From contig OX597821.1 in the NCBI GenBank assembly GCA_951406725.2, positions 19,406,001 to 19,470,000 of the forward strand: a DNA stretch of 64,000 nucleotides. Direction: 5' to 3'. Each line of letters begins with the position of its first letter. Within the stretch, counting starts at the first letter, position 1. Below, piece by piece: positions 25,916 to 39,735 of this stretch. The position numbers were made by a program, and so were the translations under genes. The stretch comes from Octopus vulgaris (taxonomy: Eukaryota). The notes under the pieces were generated by a model, which saw only the letters and a program-made list of their open reading frames with translations, was not told the DNA's origin and ran no database searches.

Positions 25916-27755
25916 ACATACATACATACATACATACATACATACATACATACATACATACATGACTCCACGTTTGCCATTTGACCTGTACGAATAATTA
26001 CCAAAGTAATTCTAGGAAGAAACTAATGTAGTCTTACAAATTACGTTTCGTGTTTTGTTAACAAATCATTTCTATTTTGATTTTGATTTTACATTTTTTC
26101 CTCACACAACGGACACCACAATGAAATAAGCAACGAAAATAGCGTTTGTCTGATATATGTAGCTCTTAATCACTAATCTGAAAAAGCCATGTTTCTCTTT
26201 CAACTCTTTCTCTCTCCCCAATATGGCGGGAATAGATTGATTTTTGCTGTTCACTTTTATTTATTTTTCTGTATATACCTTTATATTTATTTTTCCCAAT
26301 TTTTTCTTTTAATTTTCTGGCAACATTTGTTTGGCCAAGATCCTATTGGTTTGGGGTCTCTTACCTTTGCCTCCATTCTTACTTACTGCTCTGAATAAGT
26401 TGGCCAGAAAATTTAATTGAGTTCGGTCAGTTTGTAAAATAGACAAGAATACAAGGTTAACATTGTCTAGTTGTATTACCGACTCTCCTGATAATAAATA
26501 GAAAGTAATAAACATAAAAATCTCACCTAAAGTTAAAAAATAAATGAAATGAAATATATTGGTAATTATATAGTTTGAATCTAATGAAAATGTTACCCTA
26601 AAGGTGTTACAGTTAATAAATTAATAAATTATTTTAATCTTACAATCTCCACACCGAATAAATAAAAACGAGCCAAATACGAAGCTGTACTTTGCGGATG
26701 ACTTAGTTAAATAGACGGCCAAATCTATAAAGTGCAAAAGAATGATATTGGATAACGTGGTCCATCACGAAATATATATGAATAAAAGGCAAATGAATGG
26801 TTATTCGTAGATATATTTCATCAGGTAGTGTGGGTGGAAGTGTGATTTTCACACAAGTGCAAACATATACACACACCAATATACTCATGCAAACGTCACC
26901 GATATAAATGTTCGGCCGATCTCCTAGAAATCTCTGTCAAAAACAAGGGAGAACACACTGAAGAATGAAGTCTTTCCAAATGTGTCTAAAACATTGATAG
27001 TGATGTCTGAGCTAGAACGCCTGTGATCAGAGGTCTCCTGGGGTATTGCTGATACAGAATTCAGCAACTACTTTGACACGAAATTGAATGTACACAAACA
27101 TACATAGAAACGTTGAACTGTGTCGAACAAATTAGAGAATAGTGCTGTATGCATGTAGAATATCTGTGAAATTTAAACTGAACTTAAACAAAACTATCGG
27201 CAGTTTTGTTTTATACGCCACTGTAATGTCCGAGCGTTTTCACCTGAAGGTCGTAATACAATTTTATATACATATATACACAAAGACACACGCACAAATA
27301 TATAAATGAGCAGTATAGCATATGGATGCAGTGAGGCATGCAGCCATCATAGTGAGCTCCTCGTACGGACTCGGCTATCTAACTACACAGTGATCAATAT
27401 AAAACAGTGTAAAGTATCCATGTAACTGGAAATCTTGGTAATCGGAGTGATAAAATTATTCTCGGAGGGGTATATAAAAATATTATGTCCGGAGATATGA
27501 GAAGTGAATATATATCTAACCACGTGACGTAGGTTTACTGGCATTTCGTAACTTTCTGCATATAATTTTAATTTTAGTATACGAGAAATCATGCGTATAC
27601 GTTTGCAATGATAAGTGTTTGGTGTTATACAATACAATTGTATATTCACAATTTACAGCAAATGATAGCTTGCTCATCATATCATCAGAGAGCCTTGTTA
27701 CACGAACAGTTCAACTTTCACTTTCTTTCTTCCACTTCTCTCTCTCTCCTTGTCT

Positions 27756-27792
<37 letters not shown>

Positions 27793-28121
27793 ATATATAT
27801 TATGATTCAAATTACTTCATAGTTTATAACTCGCTAAGAAGGTAAGTTTTTTTCTGATCTCCAAATTGTTAATATTGTATTAGCCTTATGAGTAATAATA
27901 TTCTCCTTATGTCAATCTTGCTGTTTATGTAATGATCTATTTATCGTAATATTATTTGTTATTAGTTATTAAATAATTTAGATAAAATTTTTGATAAATA
28001 GATAGGTTTCATATGAAGATGGTTTAGGCCATGTCTAATATAATAGCATAATTTATATTAGATAATTCCCATTTATAATCGGATTAGTACTTATAGTATT
28101 TTAATACTATATTACTGAGTA

Positions 28122-28270
28122 AGTTAGTTAGTTAGTTAGTTAATTTGGCTCAAAAGCAAATAGCAAGGCCATGTAGGGGGACATGTTAAGTACAGGGTGG
28201 TGTTCATGTAAAGAGTTCAGGCCACTTGAGGTCCAGGGAGGCTTTGAACAAAGCGGTCGTCGGCATATTC
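28122..28270 (-). mobile_element. 5'-truncated LINE 3' end with (TAAC)n tail
   Basis: Minus strand MPTTALFKASLDLKWPELFT* (FKxxLD motif), short UTR, (TAAC)n. Confidence 0.7.
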
Positions 28271-30332
28271 TTAGTTTGTGGTTGTGTATATGTGGCTATT
28301 GATGTTATTTCTTCTATGTGTTAGTGTAGAGCAGTGTACATACGTTTATGTATGAGAGATTGTATGTGTGTGTGTGCGGGTGTGCATAATTGATGTGTAG
28401 AGGTATATGGCTGAATTTAGAACATGTCCGTGTCTGTATGTGTTTGTGTATGTATGGTTATATGTGTGTGTGTGTGTTTGTTTACGTGTTTATATATGTT
28501 ATATACATATAGTAATAAATATTATAGTATAATATTTGATTGTATATAAACTTATCTAGATGCGTTACTGATCCAGGCACACATATTGTATCTGTTATGC
28601 ATGGGTACATGTAGAGGCGGATATGTTTATAGTGCATCCTGTACTTCTGCACATTGCTTGTGCATGCTCGCGCGCGCGCGAGTACCATCACTTATTTATA
28701 AACGTATATGTATGTATGAGTGTGTATTTGTGTATGGGTGTAGGGGTGTGTGTATATATGTGTGTGTATGTGTGTGTGTATGTATGTGAGTATGTGTGTG
28801 TATGTGTATGTATGGGTGTATGTATGGGGTTGTGTATGTGTGTATATGCGTGTTTGAGCGTGTATGTGTGTGTGTGTGTGTATGTGTGCATGTGCATGTA
28901 TATGTTTGGATGTTTTCTTGTATAATTGTGTGTACGTGTGTGTGGTTGTACTGTGAATTTTTAATTGGTATGGATGCATTTGTTATGAGTACTAGTTTGT
29001 ATGTGATGGGGATGGGGATGTGATTTATGATATGTGGGGGATTGTTATATAGGTTTGTTTTTGTGTATTTGGTAATGGGTGGTTTTTGATCATTAGATGA
29101 GTTTCGTTTATAATGGTTGTTTTATTTATTTTACATTTTATTTTTTGTGAACTCATTCCTTTTACAATGATAAACATATAATATTCCATTCATAATCTTT
29201 AATAACGTTGGTTCCTCACGCGCAAAGAATTCAATATTTTATTCTATTCTGTTTATAACGTAATTTCTTAAACGTTGTTTAACATGTATTGTGATTCAAA
29301 TTACTTCATAGTTTATAACTCGCTAAGAAGGTAAGTTTTTTTTCTGATCTCCAAATTTTTAATATTGTATTAGCCTTATGAGTAATAATATTCTCCTTAT
29401 GTCAATCTTGCTGTTTATGTAATGATCTATTTATCGTAAGTGGTTGTGTATATGTGGCTATTGATGTTATTTCTTCTATGTGTTAGTGTAGTGCAGTGTA
29501 CATACGTTTATGTATGAGAGATTGTATGTGTGTGTGTGCGGGTGTGCATAATTGATGCGTAGAGGTATATGGCTGAATTTAGAACATGTCCGTGTCTGTA
29601 TGTGTTTGTGTATGTATAGTTATGTGTGTGTGTTTGTTTACGTATTTATATATGTTTATTACATTTATATAGTATATAGTATTTAATACCATTTTACTAA
29701 GAATGAAATATTTCTATTAGTATGTGGTTGAGTATCTGCGGATACTGGATGTTATTTCTCCTCTGTGTTAGTGTCTTGTTGAGAGTATATGTTTATGAAT
29801 GTGTGATTGTATGTGTGTGTGTGTGAGTATGAATAGGTGATGTGTAGAGGTGTAGGGCTGCATTATGGATATATCTGTGTCTATATGTTTATGTGTGTGT
29901 GTAGATGTATATGTGTGTGTGTGAGTTTGTGTGCGTATTTGGATGTGTTTATATACATACATGTATATAGGTGCATGAGCTTGTGTGTATATATATATTT
30001 ATTGTTTTTTGAAATTAGCTATTTCATCTTTAAATATGACAATTTAAATATATTAGGTTTTCATTATATACAATCGTTTATAGAGTCTATTTTAGATCTT
30101 GATTATAATATTTTTATATTTTTTCATTGATAAGTTATATATATTAGTTATTTCAAATATCTATATAAGTAGATATAGACTAAAATGGATATTAGCATAT
30201 GGTTTTTCTACCTTATAAATTAAAGTTAATATTTAACATTATAGTCGATTTCGATATAATCATATTTAATAATAGAGTTTATTTAGATTATATAGGTAAA
30301 ATATTGATTATATTTTATATTTTAGGTTTAGA

Positions 30333-30384
30333 AACCACCTGAAGAATGTCTAAGATGTGCTGACACGGATCGATCGTAGTGGTT
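30333..30384 (+). ncRNA. Type I hammerhead with mutated GAAA (probably inactive)
   Basis: Stem I AACCAC/GTGGTT; CTGAAGA; stem II TGTC/GACA; GGATC in place of GAAAC; GATC loop; GTA. Confidence 0.65.
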
Positions 30385-30645
30385 ATTCATTTGTTAAATT
30401 TTAATTTATATAAATTATTTTATATTTTATGTATTGGCTTAAGTCTTTCTTTGTTTGATTTGCATAATAGGGTTTTGTCTCTAATTTATTATAATATAAT
30501 ATTTTATTATAAAATTGGATTCAATCTTAAATCTGATTTTTCCTTGTAAATTTGGATTTATTCCCTAATATTTACTATCATTATATATATATATATATAT
30601 ATATATGCATATATGTATATGTATATATATGTGTATATATATATG

Positions 30646-30680
<35 letters not shown>

Positions 30681-30700
30681 GTATATATATATATGATATA

Positions 30701-30765
<65 letters not shown>

Positions 30766-30849
30766 ATGTATATATATGTGTGTGTCTGTTTGCGCGCGCG
30801 TATACATTTGATTCTTATACGCACAGATACATAGATTAATATTACCTGC

Positions 30850-30897
<48 letters not shown>

Positions 30898-31284
30898 GTA
30901 ATATCAGGTCGTTTGTGAGTTCTATTTGTAACATACAATATTCCTGTACAACTTATTGCATAGTTGGGTCGTTGGAAATGGGCAACCCCCGCAAATCTTA
31001 ACCGTTGATATCTTCGCAATTCATTCAAGTAGTTCATGGAAGTAGTTCATAACTAGTTTTCCTGGCCACGGCTTCATCTTAGGAGACAGCAAGTCTATGG
31101 AGACTTCTGGTGCCGGTGGCAACATTCCATCCTGCTAGGCTAGAAGCTAGGTGCAACGTAAGCGCCAGCGATAATGTTTTATGATCCGGGTGGACTTAGA
31201 TTTGGATGTTACTCTGAAATGTGCAGATGAGGCATTTTTACAGTAACTAATGTTATGTTACCACTGGAAGCGAACAGGCATAAT

Positions 31285-31510
31285 AGGCGGTGAGCTGGCA
31301 GTGTACGCCGGGCAAAATGCTTAGCGGCATTACGTCCGACTTTCGGTTCTGAGTTTCTGAGTTCAAATTCTGCTGAGATTGATTTTATTTTGCCTTTCAT
31401 CCTTTTTGGGGTCGAAAAAATAATTACCAGTTAAACACTGAAATCGATGCACTCGTTTCATATCCTACCTTGAAATCGCTAGCCGTGTGCAAAACTGTGA
31501 AATCAGTATT
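31285..31510 (+). mobile_element. SINE family B
   Basis: AGGCGGTGAGCTGGCAG..GAGTTCAAATTC..TTTGCCTTTCATCC. Confidence 0.8.
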
Positions 31511-33271
31511 GTGTGAGCATGGATCTGATGTTAGAGCTTCTCACTTTCATTTAAAATTGTCTGACCTTTATCAAACATCTGCCTATTTATCTTCTCTTCC
31601 TGCCATTTTTGTTAGCTTTTCTCGCATTTAATGAATTTATACGGTGTTGGATTGATGAGGAATTTCAATGACAGTAAGTAATAGTAGCCTTCGTAGCTAT
31701 GGGCTGTTAGAACAAACATGAATGGTATGTGGCCCTGGAGTTTCGTCGTCAAGTTCAATTCGAGATAGGTTTCGATATTTGTGCTCAAGAAAACTGAACA
31801 ATCTTCTTTAGAACTTCGCTGCTCTTTCTCTTGAGGGGAAAATGCTAGAGAAGATGATGTCGATTTCATTAAAACGTGAGACATCTTCCTCGTTTCTTGA
31901 TTTAATTTTTTCCTTCTTCAATTCATTATGCAATTTTATCTATTTATAAACTTTTTCTATCTGTTCAAGGTCATAGCTAAATTTGACGGTTAGACTATCA
32001 TATGTGTGTTCGTCTATTCGTCTGTATGTCTGTTTCTTCATAAATCAGGGATTTTATTTATTAATTTAATTATGATATTTGTTCCTGGCTGTTGTGATGA
32101 CATCGTCAAATTCGATGGTCGAATGATCACGTTTGTGTGGGTCTGTTTGTGTTTGTTTGTGCTCGTTTATTTATAAGGCGGGGATCTGTCAGAAAAAAAT
32201 AACAAAACAAACAGTTAAATAGTCTGACTAAAATCTTTACAGTCAATAGAAGCTTCTTCAGATTTATCACCCTGACGGCGTCCAATTTTCTTCTCATCTA
32301 TTTGGGTTTGATAAATCAACCGATTGAACACTTTCCTCTCTACTGCTTATTTCCGTTTGCTAAGACAAGATATCATAATTTATTTACGTATCTATTTCTA
32401 CATAGCTGCTCTAAAATCATCCATATCTTTCGCTCAAAATAAATATTACCACGACAAGAATATATATAAGCGTGTTGCTGCTGTTTCTGTTAGTTAACCT
32501 CGACTGAAATCATATAATGAAAATCGATGATGAAAAGTATTCCATCCGTAATCGTTCCGTCTTTTCAATGCCATGACGTACTACATTATATAATGTATCC
32601 TCTCCTTAAGCCGCTTGAAGAGTTAGCAACTATTATTCCTTGCAGAACTAGTGACCAGGAAAATGTTGCGGTTTATATTTAGCAACTTAAAAAGCGAGAG
32701 AAATAAGCATTGATAAAATAATTCAAGAAAATAATCAACTTCTCTCGCAGAATTTTGGGCCCAATATTAAATGAACTATGATTATATGGAAACTTTGGTA
32801 AATATACTTTTTGCTGTTGTTATATATTTTCAGGACATTTGTGTCAGGCTCGTTATATTTGATACCATGTCATGAAGTTTCTAGGAACATGATCAGATAT
32901 TACAGTTAGAATTTCGATGTTTTTCATTGATTAATTTGGGAAATTCTTTATAAGGCTAACATGTGTGTGACTGTGTTAGTCGGAAGAGATATTGCTTGTT
33001 CTTATTTTGATTATTATAACTGGGCAATCTCATTACTTATTTAAATTTATGGTCTCTAATACACGATTCAAATAGCAGGATGTATTCAATGGTTTAAACT
33101 GCTAGAAATTGCAGTAAAATCATACTAATATTGTATCTTACCCTCTTACACAGAACAGGTTGCCTGAATAATGCGGTATTGGGTCCACAATACGGAGATA
33201 GATAAAACTAAATTTGTGCCTTAAAAAAGCGAGAATATCTACGTAACATAAAAGAGCATAACTATATATTA

Positions 33272-33326
<55 letters not shown>

Positions 33327-33415
33327 TATATATATATAAAATAATTCTCCTCGTTTTTGTATTTCTAATAATCCTATATATTTGTATCAAAAGTATATAT
33401 ATATATATATAGTAT

Positions 33416-33458
<43 letters not shown>

Positions 33459-33513
33459 CACTTGGTGAAATTGATATAATATTATTTTCATATACATATA
33501 CATATACATACAT

Positions 33514-33737
33514 GTGGAGGCGCAATGGCCCAGTGGTTATTGAGCGAAAACACCTAAAAGCTCCGCGAGGCACCGGCAGGGGGTGGTGATCCTTGGTGTA
33601 CTCTTTCACCACTCTTTCTTCTGTTGGCCTGCTCGCTTAGCCAGCGGGGTGGCGTCATTCGCATAGTGGCGAACGCATAGTGACCAGCGATGTGTAACTA
33701 CATCTGATGGACTGGTCGGTCACGTGATCACGTGATA
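33514..33737 (+). mobile_element. SINE family C-type, internally deleted
   Basis: Head GTGGAGGCGCAATGGCCCAGTGGTTA; ends in a CACGTGAT repeat; embedded in TA/TACA. Confidence 0.7.
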
Positions 33738-33761
33738 TGCATACATATATATATACATACC

Positions 33762-33840
<79 letters not shown>

Positions 33841-33844
<4 letters not shown>

Positions 33845-34610
33845 TGCTACTAGGGGCGATACCGGTTCAAAATATATTCTAGAGGCACAGATGTGATATC
33901 AGACGCGATTGTCCGAGGTGCGTTCAGTGTCCGGGCATTGCTGACTTGTGAGGTTATGCCGAACAGCTGCTGTTACGTGTGGGACGGATCCGTCTGTCGG
34001 TCGAGTCCGTAGGGATGATCGCACCGCCGCCCTCTTTTTCAATCGGGTAAGCAAGGAAGTTCACCTTTGCCTCGTGACTCTGGCGAAAGAGGTTGTTAGA
34101 TGGACAAGGCAGAGAGGCATGAGGACAGATACATTCCTCTTTGGTAGAGCTCTAATTGATTTCTTCAAATGAAAAGGATATTGACAATGGACAGGCAAGT
34201 GCTGCCCTCGAGTGAGTTCATTGAAAAGCGGGTGAAAGTTGCGAAAATGGTAAGAGTGGATAGTACCTCTCTAAACGTAGACCTGTGACTCAGAGAGATA
34301 GAATTCGACAGGGCGCTTGCTCCTGGAGTTTCAGGGTCATCTCTGACAGTGGGGTTCTTCGGTTATCCCTAGATGCCTTCATGTATAAGGATGGCCATAT
34401 CTCTATCATCCTCTCCGTCCTCCTTTTTCTAAACCTTTGCATGCTATGCCAATGTATCTTCTTTATCAGTGTATACTCTCTATATTTTCTTTCCTTCTTT
34501 CTTTTTTCTTTTTCTTTTTTTATCATTTCATTATATGTAAACCTCCATACTTTATGTCAGTCTTTGTATTGTCCTCCTCATCCTTCGACTGTGTGGCAAA
34601 TAAATGAAAT
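33841..34610 (+). mobile_element. Tx1/L1-like LINE ORF2 C-terminal fragment plus 3' UTR
   Basis: CY*GAIPV..RH..CPRC..QCP (zf-RVT-like); pyrimidine-rich UTR; AATAAA then (ATC)n/(ATT)n; homologous to 52640-53305 (-). Confidence 0.7.
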
Positions 34611-34636
34611 CATCATCATCATCATCATTATTGTTA

Positions 34637-34686
<50 letters not shown>

Positions 34687-34706
34687 ATTATTATTATTAT
34701 TATCAT

Positions 34707-35485
34707 TGAATGAGAGAGCAGTGCATGTCATCAAAGTGATACGGGTATAATATACGAAGCCCAGTTGCTACTGAGGCCCCCTTCGGTCATGATTGACCGT
34801 GGGATTGCACCTAAAAAATTACCCTCCTAGGTAGAAGTCGGGGCCAGGCTGTTTATGGAAAACCAACAGTCGCCCATGAATACAGGTCTCCCCTAAACGC
34901 CAGCAGTGTTATCCAAGTGAAAGACAACAGCCGATACAGCTTGGCACCTGTGAGGTCACAACTCATTCCTACAGTTGAGTGAACTGGAGCAACGTGAAAT
35001 AAAGTGTCTTGTTCAAGAACACAACACGCAGGCCTGTCCGGGATTCGAACTCACAACATCGCGATCGTAAGCTCGACACTCTATCCACTGAGCCATGCGC
35101 CTTTACGAATCCCAGTGTAACCATCATAACCACACTCCTGATAAGGGTACACCAGACACATGCATCACAACCATATGTGTGCAACATGGTGATCTCATAT
35201 CAAGATAAACAACGCATGACCTTGCAGGTGGGGCCCTGTTAGAATTTTCTTATGGTCGAGTAGCCTGTTCTGCTCAAAAGTCTCCTGAATAAGGGTTGCT
35301 TGACGATATTGTACGAAACACCCATGTTTCTAAAGGCGAATTCTTCAATCCACAAAGAATTCCTCCCAACATATGGCTATAATGCCCCCCACATCTTCTG
35401 TTCGTGATCAGACATGCACATATTGTCAGCCAGTAAGGGACATGCTCAACTCGTTAATGTTAAACAACTAAGAAGCAAATGTGTG
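34707..35485 (-). mobile_element. Family D (AAT)n-tailed element, interrupted by a SINE
   Basis: Homologous to 13755-14197; (AAT)n tail at 34627-34706. Confidence 0.7.
34766..35102 (-). mobile_element. tRNA-derived SINE with 13-bp TSD
   Basis: Head AGGCGCATGGCTCAGTGG..GTTCGAATCC; TACGAA(G/T)CCCAGT at 34753-34765 and 35104-35116. Confidence 0.85.
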
Positions 35486-35830
35486 CTATTGCGGTCACAA
35501 TATAGCTGCGAAAGAATTTGACAAGACCAGTGAATATAAAGACTTGCTAAGAGAAATTGAATCAATGTGGCATCTCAAGGCGACTACAGTACCATCCCTA
35601 CAGAAAGTGCAAAAACTCATGTTAACTGGAACGACTCATGTACTGAGAAGAGCATTATCACTGTGAAAATAACATCCGTTCATTTATTTATTAATGTTTT
35701 TAAGTACATAAAAATACCTGTGAATTTGCGTGTGTAATCCAGGAATGCTGCATACAATGAGCTTCTCTGCCCTAGATGTACGGAAAACGCTCGGCGAGAA
35801 ATGGAAGAAAATTTGAAGAAAGAAGGAAAC
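35486..35830 (+). mobile_element. R4/Dong non-LTR retrotransposon 3' end, internally deleted
   Basis: HNIAAKEFDK..YKDLLREIESMWHLK..PSLQKVQK..GTTHVLRRALSL*; same 3' UTR as 50594-50778; followed by (AAT)/(GAT)n. Confidence 0.88.
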
Positions 35831-35849
35831 AATGATAATAATAATAATA

Positions 35850-35902
<53 letters not shown>

Positions 35903-36384
35903 AATAATAGTAATAATAATAATAATAATCACCATCATTATCATCATCATCATCATCACCATCATTATTAATTTTATTTTTATTATTAATTCACATTGGC
36001 ATAGCGATTCTAATAACCTGGAGTTGGAATTCAATATACATAAGATACGGACTAAAGCATCAGTAATATGAAATTAAATAAATGACGAGATAATAAAAAA
36101 ATCATGTTATGAAATTCAGTACCTTAAAGTTGTTTGTGCTATAAGACACAATCCATATATACATTAATGCTAGTGTATCACTTAATAGCTTCATCGGAGC
36201 TTCAAACAAGACATCAAAATGCACTTTTATATTTGAAGCTCTGATCAAGCTATTTGGGGTTTACGCAAACACTCAACTATGAGCGCATTGCCTCTTGTAG
36301 CAGAAACAACAGCTATAAGGTAATCTCATGAAATAACTTCTCATCCTTTTTTCAATTATTTGATATTATATGTATATATATATA

Positions 36385-36922
36385 TAATAAAATATTAGGG
36401 AATAAATCCAAACTTACAGGGAAAAACCAGATTTAGGATTAAATCCAATTTTATAGTAAAATATTATATTATATTAAATTAGAGATAAAACCACTATTAG
36501 GCAAATCAAACAATGAAAAATTAAGCCAATACATAAAATTAATTAATTTATATTATTTTAAATATATATCAAAAGTATTAAAAGTTTAATAAAAGATAAT
36601 AACACTACGATCGTTTCATGGCTGTCCAATTCGTAATAATTCGAGTTATGGTTACAGTCAATCTTCAGGTAATTGAAATATTTATCTTAGCGAACCTCGC
36701 TAAGATAAATATTTCAATTACCTGAAGATTGACTGTAACCATAACTCGAATTATTACGAATTGGACAGCCATGAAACGATCGTAGTGTTTTACTCATTAC
36801 CTTTTATTAAACTTTTAATACTTTTGATAAATATTTAAAATAATATAAATTAATTAATTTTATGTATTGGCTTAAGTTTTTCATTGTTTGATTTGCCTAA
36901 TAGTGGTTTTATCTCTAATTTA

Positions 36923-36932
<10 letters not shown>
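36385..36932. mobile_element. Asymmetric palindromic Penelope-like element: arms 36465-36693 / 36697-36932, 3-nt loop, left arm extended to 36385
   Basis: Near-perfect inverted repeat centred on CTTAGCGA-ACC-TCGCTAAG; (TA)n on both sides. Confidence 0.9.
36719..36787 (+). ncRNA. Minimal type I hammerhead with intact core; predicted cleavage after A36784; mirror copy on the minus strand at 36603-36671
   Basis: CTGAAGA 36722-36728; long stem II TGACTGT..CCA..TCG..CGA..TGG-ACAGCCA; GAAAC-GATC-GTA with palindromic stem III ACGATCGT; stem I only 3 bp (TAC/GTG). Confidence 0.72.
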
Positions 36933-36973
<41 letters not shown>

Positions 36974-36998
36974 GTATATACGTACATATATACATATG

Positions 36999-37060
<62 letters not shown>

Positions 37061-37216
37061 ATATACATACATACATACATTATATATATATATGTTTACG
37101 TACATATATATATATGAGTGTGTGTGCCTATATCTCTATAATCGAGTGTATCTACATGCAATCATATTAATAAATTCCTATGTGCATAGATAAACGCAAA
37201 CACGTATACATACGTG

Positions 37217-37281
<65 letters not shown>

Positions 37282-37306
37282 AGGTTTGGAGATGATGTAC
37301 AGGTAT

Positions 37307-37623
37307 TATATATTGGAAGAAATGAGGTAATCAGAAGATCGGATGGTTCATATTTATAGATATTTAATTATATATTACATTTTTTACATATGTATATCAT
37401 ATCATTCAGATCATATCATTCGGATTATTAGCGCTTTCTCCCATTCTAGTGGGGTTTGAAAACCCCAATGGAATGGGAGAAAGTGCTAATAATCTGAATG
37501 ATATGATCTGAATGATATGATCTGAATGATATGATATATATATGTAAAAAATGTAATATATAATTAAATATCTATAAATATGAACCATCCGATCTTCTGA
37601 TTACCTCATTTCTTCTAATATAT
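37307..37623. repeat. Palindrome of ~315 bp centred on a hammerhead-like stem II hairpin
   Basis: Centre TCCCATTC..GGGGTTT-GA-AAACCCC..GAATGGGA; GAAA-G(C/T)GC-TA reads outward on each arm; 14-bp unit x2 in the left arm and x3 in the right. Confidence 0.88.
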
Positions 37624-38284
37624 ATATATGTACCTCTCTGTGTATGTGAGTTTGTTTGTGTAGGAAAGACAAATATTTGCGCATGAACACACACACACAC
37701 AAACACAGACACAGACACAGACACCCGCACGCACGAACGCACACACACACACACACACAGACGCACACAAATGAATTTATGTGCACATGCGCTCGCATCT
37801 CGCATATGATGATTTTGCTGAATAGATTTCGAAGTTAAAAAAAGGAAAAGACGAACAATGTGTGATGATCCTGTTATTTCAGACTTGGCTTGTAATACAT
37901 AATCTAGTGTATTCCCGCTTTCCCAGGCTTTAGAATTTAACTTCAGGCAGATTTCGCTGCGCTATCCAGCCGGGCATGTGAAGGCAAGATATCTCCGGTG
38001 CTATTCCATTGTAATTGTCCTTGTTTCTGAATGAATTCTTCTTGATAAATAGGCTTATTTTTCAAATGAACACATTTCACGATCCCAGAATACTCGTCAG
38101 ATTATAGAATACTGTACCACCCACTCCTGTAGCCTGTATGTAACTTAATTCAGTGGGAAAGCCTTAAAAATAATACGTCTAACTTCAGTGGACTTAAAAG
38201 TTTTAACATAAGTTCCAACATGTACATTGTACATCAGAAAATATACACAATATTGGATAGTCCCTGGTTTAGGAATAAAGCCAT

Positions 38285-38404
38285 CATTGGTGAGGGGAGT
38301 TTGTTATTGAATGTCCTCGACCGCAATACTTGGTTGACATTGTATTTTATTCACCCCGGAGATGCAAATGCCAATGCTGACAGTTGTAGAATTCGAGTTG
38401 AGAA
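38285..38404. repeat. Dispersed duplication with 44034-44144 (old SINE-B-derived sequence)
   Basis: Near-identical apart from a 9-bp indel and a few substitutions. Confidence 0.85.
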
Positions 38405-39250
38405 TGCAAAGCATTTTCGTTCACAATTCTGATAATTCTTCACCCTTATTATATAATGCTAACATTTTTCAAAAATTCCTTTATATTTTTCAAGTTATCT
38501 AAATGGCTACAACCTCTGCAACTACTTGTACAATGTGGTCGGATCGACTTACTATTGACACAGAAAGTCTACCCACTACCAACACTACTAGCACTACCAT
38601 TACTAATATCACCTCAACTCATGTTTTATCCTGTTTTATTGTAAAGCATATCACATAAAACATGTTTTCATACGGTATAATGTCTATACCATTTTGAGAC
38701 ACTCATGTACACCGTAGACTGTGTTATTTAATGCGGCATCAAAATGAAAGAACCTTGCAAACGTTTATCACTTTCGGCACCATCATCACCACAAACAATC
38801 ATAACTATAACTGTAGTAGTCATTAAAATCACTACCAACATCAACACTACAATCACCAAATCGCTACAGACGTCAAACACTCAACTCTTACTAATATAAC
38901 ATAACAAAAATAACACATTGTCTCGGACAGCTCACAATTTTTTTTTTCTTTTGTAGTTTTTTGTACATTAATAAATGTTCGCATAACACTATGTTGAAGG
39001 TAAGGTGAAAGTTCATCATAAAGAAAATGTAAAAATGATAACAATTAATCATTGAGCGAGAAAAAATTGGCAACCATTGAAAAGATATCTGGAAAGAATC
39101 ATTTAATTACATTTGAATATTATGTATTTTCAACTCTGTTTATTTTTTCAACTTTAAGCACAGCCATACATATATCCATATCCACACACACACACACACA
39201 CACATACGTATATATATATTATATTTTTATCTATCTGTATATATATTATA

Positions 39251-39305
<55 letters not shown>

Positions 39306-39321
39306 GTATGTATATATATGT

Positions 39322-39461
<140 letters not shown>

Positions 39462-39688
39462 ATATATTTACACATCGATAATTAAATTTTCGAGCCCATA
39501 CATCCGACTGTGGTATCGGATTGAGAAATCTGACAGCTACGGGAAATAAATTGCGTGACACCTGGAAATCCATACCCTAAAGTCAGCTCCAACTAAACGG
39601 AAAAAAAAGTAATAAATTAATTTAATGAAATGTGGTACCCGAACACACTCACGCACACAGTTATGTATATGTATGCATGTGGGTGTAT

Positions 39689-39735
<47 letters not shown>

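Larger units (their letters stand above)
27803..30582 (+). repeat. Composite TA-flanked repeat with internal duplications, ending in a hammerhead-bearing Penelope-like end
   Basis: 27803-27948 repeated at 29292-29439; 28278-28500 repeated at 29440-29657 with a diverged third copy from ~29722; 3' end (30330-30582) homologous to the arms at 36385-36932. Confidence 0.7.
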
